Positions 54,456 through 64,000 of a stretch of 64,000 nt of DNA are shown piece by piece. The notes below the pieces were generated by a model. It was given only the letters and a program-made list of their open reading frames with translations, was not told where the DNA came from and did not search any database. Every line of letters starts with the position of its first letter. The first letter of the stretch is position 1. This stretch comes from Lama guanicoe. Lineage: Eukaryota. Made by a program: the position numbers and the translations under genes. The stretch lies in NCBI GenBank assembly GCA_013239625.1, contig MU053881.1:11088873-11152872 (forward strand), written 5' to 3'.

Positions 54456-57136
54456 CTCAATGTAAATCTCTTAACAATAGCTAAATGCGCGTTATGGATG
54501 AATGTGAACTTCCCCATTCTGTAACTGTACTATGTTAAACATGCATGATTCTGAAAATTTTTAAGTTCTTCAAATTATCAAAGATTGACTTTAAACAAAT
54601 GAACCAATTTTTAGATGACAAAAAGTCCTGACACCAATTATCATAAGCTTTTAATTAATGTCTCAAGCCAAGAATAACCATCAGTATATGGACTGGCATT
54701 TTTAAAATATTTGAGTATTATCAATTTTTAAACTTGTTTTAACTGAAGCCACCTACTTCCATTGCATTAATTAGCAACTGTCATAAAATAATGTTTCACT
54801 GAATGATTTTCACACTTATGTTTTTCAAAGCACTGTCCCTGTCAATGTTTCCAGTATTTTCAACACAGCTATATTTGTATTATATGTGTATTTATATATG
54901 TATATATATGCAAATATGTCCTTTAGGCAACAGATAAAAAGTATCACTTAGTCTAATAAAGCACTGGTCATCACAATAAAAACTCACAAACAGAATTTGG
55001 CTTAGTCATTTTAAAAAAACAGTACGCATGAAATGATTATTTGTTGTTTTTAAGAAAACCACTTAATTTTTGTAAACTCAAACAATCAATACCTACAAGA
55101 AGAGTAGGGCGGACTATGTCCTCTTTAGTTTCTCTCCCGACCTCAAACTGTATGACATAAAAAATCCAAAATCATCATTGTTCCAAAACTCTGTCATCCC
55201 AATGAACCACTCAGGGCAAAATTAACAATTAAGATACTTAAAAATGTGATAATAAAACATTTCTACTGTTACCATTAGTAGCTTAAGACTGTTAATTGAC
55301 AATATGTATATTTTATTAAAAATTGGCAATAACAGAGTAAGTTTTAAGGCTACAGGTATTTCCAGTAAACATTTATATTTTATCAACAAAATGTAAAACT
55401 AATGAAAGAAAGGGAGTTGAAAAACTATTTTTTAAAAAACAGTTACACACTCTAAATAATAAAAGCTTACTTTACTATTGGCCCATATGCAAAAGCTGTA
55501 GTAAAGATGATTAAAAAGGGGAAAAAGGAACCAGTATTTGCATTCATTCTGGTAATAGAATATGAAATTAAAGCATGCAGGGATTAATGTTTTAAAGCTT
55601 GACTTGCAGTGATAAAGCTAAGGTATTAGAACAGACAACATAACCGTTACAGGATAGACAAGCAAAGAAAAAAGTAGCAAATGCCTTAAAGATGAGCAAG
55701 TCAACCTAGAATGGAATTACAAAATGATTAATCAATACAAATGAGAAACTGTACAAGGAAAGAGAGCTGGTGAGACTTCTTATGGGACTCAACACTGCGG
55801 CCGCTTAAAGATAATGAAAGGAGCTGGGCAAAGCCAAAGAAATGCTTTCATTCCGTGGCAAAGTCATTTGTGAACAGTTTAAATTACCCTAATCACCTCC
55901 CCTCCAGCCGTCAGTAGGCTCTGACTCTTTAGTTATTTAAAAAAAGGAGTTTGGGGAAATGAGTTCTGCGAATCTAAGCTGCAAAATAATTATACACACA
56001 CCATTTTAGCATTTTAACAATGCAATCCCAAACATTTGTTCTCATTAGAATGCAAATCGACTCATTTAATAATCCCACAAGAGAATTCCACCACACTCAG
56101 CTTAAAAAGCGCAATGGTATTCAAAATATTATTAATAAATGCCAAGTATGGAAAAGCCAGTTTACTTTGCCAACAGCTCAGGCTAGATAAAAGAAATATA
56201 CTTACATTTACAACCCTTTTTTTGTGTTGTTTGTCTGACCACATTTAGTTTAATTGAAATTTAACAGTTGAACTAGTCTGGGACAGATTTCCAAAAAGAA
56301 AAAGCAAAACAATCAAGGTGACAATCCCTGCTGTCTGGCATATAAACTTTCACACTCATCACAGAGTCACAGCTCATCATGCAAACCAAAGACATCCATT
56401 TATCCTGAGTAGTGTCTAATTTCATTACTATAAATTGTTGCTAATTGTTTTAACCTGAGGTAGACAGGAAACAGTTTAGGATTTAGTTTGTCTAAAGTTG
56501 CAGACTCAGAACTAATCACCAGAACTTATGAATGTGAGCTTTCTTTAGCAAGAATCTCTTGTAAGAATAAAAACTTTTTTCAAAAGTACAGCTTTTACCC
56601 TAAACAAATTAGTGATTTCCACATAGCTAGTACTGAAAATTTTGTGTTATATATTTTAAAAATTATCTAAAACTATTACTTTAAGAGTCTAACAGACCAC
56701 TTTTTCAATTAAGAATATTACTTCCATGTTGAATGGACATAATTTTGGTAAAATTCAATCAATTCACTCATTTATCATTCAGACTTTTATATGCAACTCA
56801 CTGTCCTATTTTGTTTCTGTTACTGAGAATCTTTTTCCAATTTAGTATCTTGCTGATCTCTGAGTCTCCCCTTTTATTGAATCTCAAGGGACTACTAAAG
56901 CTACTAATCACTTTCTCTAAGTCCTCATACACACACTAAGGAAAGGATTTTAAATTTATGCATAGAGACAAGTTGCTAAAAATTGCTAACCTTCAGAGGA
57001 GTAGTGTCATTTAAAAAAAAAAGAGTGGATTTTCAGACATCAAGACCAGTCAAATATCTGTTATGTTCATTCTTTGCAAGGAATAATAGTGTAGAAAGGA
57101 CCACTGAATCATCAAAACCAGAAATAACTAAACGCG

Positions 57137-57160
57137 CACACACACACACACACACACACA
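57137..57160. repeat. (CA)n microsatellite
   Basis: Seen directly in the sequence. Confidence 0.95.
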
Positions 57161-57387
57161 GAGGGAAAACCAAAATAAAAGCAGGATAAACACCTGAATT
57201 ATTTCCTCCATCAACTATGATAAAATGTAAATATGGTTCTGTTGCAAACTATTAGGCTGTGAGCCAAGTCTGCTAATAAATATACATTCAGACCTTGGCA
57301 TGCATACTTGAAATGTGGAGCCAATATAGGTTAGATGGTTTGTTTTATATAAACAGTTACAGATCAGAAAAAGCACTCTCAAGGGCA

Positions 57388-57753
57388 TGCTATGGACTGA
57401 ATTATGTTCCTCTCATTTCATACGTTGAAGCCTTAACCCCCCAGAGTGACTATACTTTGGAGACAGGGCCTTTAAAAAGGCACTTATTAAATGAGGTTAT
57501 AAGGATAGGGCTCTAACCCAACATGGCTGTGTCCTTTAAAAGAAGAGGGGAAAATGCCAGAGAAAAGGCCAAGTGAGGGCATAGTGAGAAAGGTGGCCAT
57601 ATACAAGCCAGGGAGAGAGGCCTCAGGAAAAACTAAACCTGCTAACACCTTGATCTTGGGCTTTTAGCATCCAGACCAACGGGCAAACACATCTCTTGCT
57701 TAAGCCACCTAGTCTATGGCATTTTGTTAAGGCAGCTGTAGGGAATTAATACA
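57388..57753 (+). mobile_element. MLT1A-like MaLR solo LTR, near full length
   Basis: TG...CA termini: tgctatggactgaattatgttcc...acaccttgatcttgggctt...ttaagccacctagtctatggcattttgtta...taataca. Confidence 0.92.
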
Positions 57754-58480
57754 GGGTTATCATCTCTCTTCTCCATATTCGTTGGACACCTTCTGTAGCT
57801 TTCCTGACTATACACATAGATTAGCAGAAAGAATAGACATTCCCAGAGGCATGGAAGAGAAAGAATGAAGTTTTTTTAATTAAATATAGGGTTTAGCATA
57901 GTGTTCAAATTAGTAATTTGGGAATCAAACGACGGATAACTGAGAATAACTATGAAAAATAGTAATACTTATCTATTTGAGATAATGGTGTAAAATAATT
58001 CCCCAAAGCAGCTGTATTATAGCTCTTAGCTTGAACCTAAGAGTACACATTTGTTTCTTGGTTCCTCTGAACAGCAAGTATGAAGGAGTAGGCTAAGACT
58101 AACCCTCCTAGGGAGAAGGCTAAGAATGAGGGATAAAAGATTATGCAAGTTCCCCTTGTCAGTCAATGCCCGAATATTATTGTAATGTAATCTACAGCAA
58201 AGGCAGGAGTAACATTCTCTTCACCACATGAAGTCGGAGAAAGAAGACAGTTTCCAGAAGGGATTCGCTAACATAGCCCTTGTCTGCGGTAATTGATGGG
58301 TACCTGTAATCACCCTCACTGCAAACCAGTGAGAATCAGCTACTATCTAGACAGTAATATTCACCCAGCTGTTAAGACACCCAGATCATTCTCTCATAAT
58401 TTTCTCTCCAAAAGAAGCCATTTAGATGAAAGTTAAAGGAAGGACTCTCCTGCATAGTTTTCCTGGAGAATGGCATATTT

Positions 58481-58791
58481 TTTTAAAAACAGAAGTATGG
58501 TTGATTACAATGTGTCAGTTGCTGGTGCACAGCACAGTGTCCTAGTCATGCAAATACATACATATATTCTTTTTCTTTTTTTTTCCATTAAAGGTGATTA
58601 CAAAATATTGAACATAGTTCCCTGTGCTATATAGAAGAAACTTTTTGAAAATCAATTTTTATATATAGTGGCTAACATTTGTATATCTCCTACTCCCAAA
58701 TCTGTCCCTTCCCACCCCCTTTCCCCAGCAACCATAAATTACTGCCTGCAAGTCTGTTTCTGTTTTGTAGATGAGTTCATAGTGTCCTTTT
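58481..58791 (-). mobile_element. Lineage-specific L1 3' UTR (antisense), same family as 22160-22472
   Basis: The reverse complement aligns by eye with 22165-22470 (acactatgaa.tcatctacaaaacag...cagggaactatgt...gcatgact.ggaca...tgacacattgtaa). A degraded TSD is present: ctggagaatggcatattt / ctggatgttagcacattt. Confidence 0.9.
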
Positions 58792-59769
58792 CTGGATGTT
58801 AGCACATTTAAAAGTAAAAGTGACTATAGATAAAGCAGATGGACAGGTACTGATTTATCTTGAGGAGTGTAGTCTTTTAGAATTATCTTCCTTCCTAGAT
58901 GTATTTCTGTGTTACATCTACTCCTAAGGAACTTGCTGTTTGGGAATGGAGAGAGACAATTTTCAAAAACTTTCAGAATGGAGGATGAGAATTAAGTCCT
59001 AGAAAAAAAACTCTGAAAGAGCACTCGATGACTGATGGTCACCATAAGGCAGGAAGGAAAGATCAAAGGCACCCTGCCCACCGTGAATTTGCTTTGTTTG
59101 CTTGTGATTTCAAATAAGCCACTCTCAGGGTTGGAAGAAACTAAAATGCTTGTGGGTAATTGGGGGATACCCTGAACTGCTGTGCCAGGAAGATGAGAGC
59201 AATAGGGCTGCTTTCAGAAAGCTCTTCAAGTACGCAACCCACACCTCTTCAAGTATTCTTGTACCCAACCAAGTTTCTAGAGCTCACATTCAGTAACAAG
59301 AAATATGAGGGAATGAGGTAAATAACACCACAAGGAAGCAAAGGGAAAAAAAGCAGAACATGGGATGAATGAAGTATTGTTACCTTTGATAGATGGGTTA
59401 ATGTGACTGGGGCAATGCATTTTATAAAAGTATATATTTTTTAGAGATGTTTAGAATATAGATCAAAATACATAAGGGTTAATTTAAGTATCATGATATT
59501 TGGGATTTATTTTTAAAATGTTTCAAAGTGAGGAAAAATAATACAATGCAAAGGCATTATCAGCCTGGCTCCTGTAGCCTTTTAGTTTTGTAACAGCTGA
59601 TTCCTACAAGACTATTCATTACACATGGGATGAAACAACTTCCAGGCTTTCTCTATCAAACGCTACGTGACACTCAGGTCATTGTGTCCCATGTTTCTGA
59701 CTCCACGTTCACCAGGCAGTTTAGGGATTCTCATGGAGAGTGGTCTACAGGGCATGATGTCCAGTACAT

Positions 59770-60070
59770 CTTTATGTATTTTTTAATGGTTAGCGCTTTT
59801 TGTGTTCAGTCTAAGAAATCTTTTCCAGTCTTAAAGATAGTTTCTAATATGTCCTTTTATGTTTGGGTCTAAAGTACATCTCAAATTAATTTTTGCTTAT
59901 GGAGTGAAACAGGGGTTAAAGTTATTTATGTTTCACACTTGTATCTAGTTTCAGCGTGATTTATTGAAATGATTGCCTTTTCCCTCATTAAATTGTGTTG
60001 GTATTTCCGTCAAAAAACAATTGAGCATTTTAATATAAGTTTGTTTCTGGACTTTGTATTCTGCTTCATT
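59770..60070 (-). mobile_element. Old L1 ORF2 3' fragment (antisense)
   Basis: tttttgtgttcagtctaagaaatcttttcc...atttattgaaatgattgccttttccctcatt...tttctggactttgtattctg. Confidence 0.7.
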
Positions 60071-60593
60071 TCAGAAACCATTGTGTTTCTCTAGAAAAGA
60101 CCCTGTGCCCTTACCTACTCCTTGTCTTAGCTAATGAGATGGAGGAAAAGCAAAAACCACAGGCAGTTTTAGGGACATAAGCAGAGAGAAACCGTGTTTC
60201 ACTTGGCAGTTAAAAATTAGCGTAAAGACTGACAGTGGTGAACAGAGACAGAGTGATGTGACTAGTGGAGACGGATGGTGTAGAAGCATCCCAGGCGGAG
60301 ACAGTTTAAATAGTGTTCCTGTGCCTCCAACAGGGAATCAGAGCATTGAGATGTTCCCCTGCTTCTCTAAGATGTGCTTGGCAGCAGCTAAGAAAAACCC
60401 TGCAGTTCTGCAGAGTTCCCACAGTCACTGACCGGAGGTCACAGCCACCACGGCGGACTGCTCATCATAAAGTGGCACAGACATTTCAGAGGAAACATCT
60501 TGAACAATGACCACCAAGTATCGCATACCTCTTTGCCATGTTGCCATGGCAGTGGATACGTCTCCTAGGTATGAGATTCGACCAGGTACAAAT

Positions 60594-60597
<4 letters not shown>

Positions 60598-60633
<36 letters not shown>
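60598..60633. repeat. (GA)n microsatellite
   Basis: Seen directly in the sequence. Confidence 0.95.
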
Positions 60634-60635
<2 letters not shown>

Positions 60636-60859
60636 CCCATCCTGGCTGAGAAGACCGAACTGATGGAATTTATCCTAAATTCACAAAGATGACTATTTTC
60701 CTTTGGGTTGATTTGGATCTTGCAAAGAGATTAACTTGAGATTCAAAAAAAAAAAGCAAGGAAGTTCTCTTTTCTTTTAATGAAGCTGTTAAATTGAAAA
60801 ATTCATATTAGTTAAATTCAATCTCATTTTATAAGCCTGGCATCTTTCATACAATAATA

Positions 60860-61200
60860 GCAGTACAGTATTTAAGAAAAAAATCAGTGTGAAGTCAGAA
60901 AGTTTAATACAGCCTTAGTCTTGTTACTTTTTAGCTATGTACCATGGGACAGTATCTTTAAACTCCCTCTACATTTCCCTTTTTGATATCAGAATTATTA
61001 CTGAACACCTGAAATATACCAAGCACCCTGATAAGCTGTTTACATGTATAATCTCATTTAATTTTGACAGCAGTCCAGAGAGATAGGTACAATGCTTTTT
61101 ACATTTTGTGGCAGAGGAAATAGCATTAGGGCTGCCACTGAAAGGTGAAATGATAGTCATATTTCTGTCTCAGAAGACTGTGTTTTTAACAAACCAGACA
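60860..61200. mobile_element. Two MIR fragments in opposite orientation
   Basis: A sense fragment at 60860-60970 and an antisense fragment at 60995-61200 (tttacatgtataatctcatttaatt...cattttgtggcagaggaaa). Confidence 0.6.
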
Positions 61201-62025
61201 ATTCATGAGAAAATGTTCCCACGTGTCAAAGAGCTAAACTCTTGCTATCGCTACTATTTTTTGTATTCTCAGAGTTCTTCAAGTTGATCTGTATTTCTCC
61301 TCTCTGGGTTTATATCCCTCTTCTCTACAATACCCTTAGGAGCAACTCTGATTGGTTTGCTATACTTTATGCAAACTTCCTGCCTCGTTGCTATATCCAT
61401 ACTTCTGAATATAGTTTTCCTTGGCCTGGAATCTAGGGAACCTCAATCCTATGTGAATTCAGGAGGCTTCCTGTTTTAAAAGGCAGCTGGAATTCAGTCA
61501 TTTCTAGAAGCTCTTCTGTGAAGACCTCTACTCCCCTCCACGTTGGTGCTCACAGTTCTCCCTTGGCCCAGGTGTATTTAGGGCACACTTCTTACTAACT
61601 CTATTTAGATGCTTCAGTTTTAAGTGAATGCTCTCTTTCAACCTAGTTGTATTTTATAGATTTCTTTTGGATTATGATCTGAGTCTTCTACGAGGTGTCG
61701 GACCCACTACTCTTGTCGAAGTAGAGACTAAGAATTGGCTCGTAGCCATCGTAAAAGTGACTGATAGATGGTAGACTTCATTTGAGCAAAGGATCAAGGG
61801 AAGTGCAGAGGGAGATTTCATTTTGTTCTCATTCATGTAAAAGTGCACACTTCTTTTTGTAATAGGCTGCCATGCTGCTCCCACGACTGGAGTATAAAGC
61901 TAGAATATGTTCACACGTGGCCAGTTTATATAAGAAAAGAAACAGCCAAAGAAATATTGTCTCTGCTTCTGAAAACACAATGGTTATTAGAAAACATGGT
62001 TGTTCTTTCACAAAATTGAACTTAC

Positions 62026-63320
62026 TGGGGTGACATTATTAAAGGTACTTTCTTCCTTTATATGCCTTTAAAAACAGAGTAAGATTATACTTTACACCTG
62101 CATTTCTCTAATCAAAACAGAAGAGAGATGTTTTTAACAGAGTCCAAATACCCTGTTTTGTCTTTGGGCCTCAAGTCTGAGTATCAATAGTGTTCCAATA
62201 ACATAAGGTTATGCCCATATACGTATATGTATGGACATGTTCCCTTCCATTTCTGAAGCACTCACTGCTATAGTTTCTAAGCATTCAGTCATGATAATTA
62301 CTTTTTAATTAGCTGAGTGCCCCACTTTGTTCATTTAAGAAGCATTCATGCAATATTGAAGACTAAAATTGTATTTTAAATTAACTAAAACTCCTTAAAG
62401 TCAGGGGTTATTTCTTAAAATTCTTTGTAGCACAAATTCACAGTGCAGTGTTAAGATTTACTGATTGGTAACTTTTTAAAAAAAGTTTTACTAAGGTGTC
62501 AATCATAATACTAGCTAATAAGTAAAACAAGCAGATACGCATTGTTTACTCTTTTTAATCTATGAAAAATGTGAGAGTGTTCTAAGAGTATTCATTTACG
62601 GACATTTCATCTCAAATTTTTCTGAGTATGAGCGATTTGTGGAGTCTATTTTTGCCCTTGCTGTTTTGTACTACTTAAGCAATCAAACATGACAGAATGT
62701 GCAATTATTCCGAGGGGTGGAGGAGGGCCTCCACACGCACAGACTTTGTTTCACTCCTGCTTTCAATCTTGATAGACGTGCAGTTATTACACAACTGTAT
62801 CTTGAAACCATCAAAATAGTCAGTTATTTATAAAAACAAGAAAGAGCCTACAGATATGTATTTCCAAATTAAACTGCTGAGACATTTTTATTCCTACTTA
62901 ACATTTGTATTTCTAAGTAATTACGAGCCTGCTCTTCATAGAATGGATTTGTTAGACTGTCATACAGATAAGTATGTTCATTACTATCACGCTCACCTTT
63001 CCCGAATATTCTAAAACCTTGTGGTTTATATTTTACTTACTGACTACTCAGAATGATTCTCCCTAGGTTAGTTCTATCCATTTTTAAAAAATAATTAACT
63101 GGATGAACATAGAAAACAAAATCAGAGAATTCTAATCTCAAAGTGTTTAAAAAGCAGGAATTTTTTTTTTTTTTGCTGTGTATTTGGCCCCAGAATATCT
63201 GAATGTGGAGAATTCAACTGAACTTTGTACTGAGAAAACACAAATTTAGGCTCAGTCCATTTGGAATGTGACAGACGGTGAAATAGTAAATTACCTTGTT
63301 CACTTGAACTTCATGATATG
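62026..63320 (-). other. Cluster of three candidate micro-exons (63295-63320, 62997-63010, 62026-62065)
   Basis: All have ag/gt boundaries (donors gtaatt, gtgagc, gtaagt) and lie in repeat-free DNA. They join in frame as YHEVQVNK-NIRE-RHIKEESTFNNVTP. Confidence 0.25.
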
Positions 63321-63689
63321 CTAAAAAGGTGAGCTCTTTACATGGGTTTACAACTTGTACACTACATGTGTTAAACCTATATAACTCGCTTAACATCATG
63401 GTTTCCTTTTCATCAATATTGCAAAAAAATGAAAGAAAATTGATCTCTCCACACTTTCATGGACAGCTAACACGTTCACTGCAAACAACATTTTCACTCC
63501 TGTTAAGATTACTATTCAATATCTGTACCAACTACGTGCAAGGATATGTCAGAATGCCATTTGAATACATATATAGTAGGCACGCTGAGAGTAACAGCTA
63601 TTTTTATTATTTAAATTTTACTCCAGATTGACCCATAACTCTATAATGAGAATTTATATGTAACAGCAGGCAAATCTTGATAATCATGC

Positions 63690-64000
63690 ATGTTAAAATA
63701 ATTCTGTTTCAGATCGTTTGAGATCATTCCCTGACCACATCACCTTCACTAAAGTAGCCTTCCACACTTCTATTTTCTACCCCCCTACACAGTTCTGTTT
63801 TTCCCGTGGTTCTTTTCCTTTTCTGAAATTATGGTATTCATCTATTTTTTTATGAGTTTATCTGTCACCCACATCAGAATAGTTATAAGAACAGCAGCAA
63901 TAACAACAATATGTAACATCATTCAACAGTAACTAATATTTACTGAGAACTTACTATAAGCCAGAAACGACCCACGGCCTTTACAAGTATTAACACGTAT
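63690..64000. mobile_element. L2 fragment (+) followed by MIR tail (-)
   Basis: ttccctgaccac...catcagaatagttataag, then aatatttactgagaacttactataagccag. Confidence 0.6.

Noticed and set aside
48585..60564. Other minus-strand micro-exon-like motifs (about 48585-48605, 52487-52514, 53162-53175, 60529-60564)
   Set aside because: They have weaker splice sites, incompatible phase or no independent support. They were left out of the chain and are listed to disclose that selection.
61682..61729. Possible pre-miRNA-like hairpin
   Set aside because: The stem needs multiple bulges and is too short.
61969..62025. Intron between the 40-nt candidate exon and the acceptor gtgttttcag
   Set aside because: At 57 nt it is below the usual mammalian minimum intron length.
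62216..62229. Perfect 14-bp palindrome catatacgtatatg, and small stems at about 33099-33118 and 43708-43765
   Set aside because: Low-complexity AT-rich palindromes are expected by chance.
706..63631. The short ORFs of the six-frame track as genes
   Set aside because: They are 60-144 aa, often low complexity or inside repeats, and show no recognisable domains except L1 ORF2 remnants. This is what random AT-rich DNA produces.
1..64000. CRISPR array, rRNA/tRNA/snRNA genes, CpG island, processed pseudogene
   Set aside because: I saw no repeat-spacer periodicity, no recognisable RNA-gene sequence, no extended CpG-rich segment and no mRNA-derived ORF with a poly(A) tail.

Overview
AT-rich, CpG-poor mammalian genomic DNA. 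It is most likely a cetartiodactyl and plausibly a camelid: the young L1 3' ends are of cetartiodactyl type, and I recognised no Alu, Bov-tA/BovB, PRE1 or Can-SINE copies. The window is dominated by decayed interspersed repeats: L1, L2, MIR, MaLR/ERVL solo LTRs, and hAT and Tigger DNA-transposon fossils, plus microsatellites. There is no CpG island, RNA gene, CRISPR array or confidently identifiable protein-coding gene. The only ORFs with recognisable homology are L1 ORF2 remnants. The most intriguing but unproven signal is a chain of 14-40 nt candidate micro-exons on the minus strand (63320 down to 16891) that can be spliced into one open frame. Several repeat-free, motif-dense stretches look like enhancers. 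Repeat families were named from recalled consensus sequences, so boundaries are approximate unless a target-site duplication (TSD) is cited. I could not identify a host gene and found no demonstrably new biological system.
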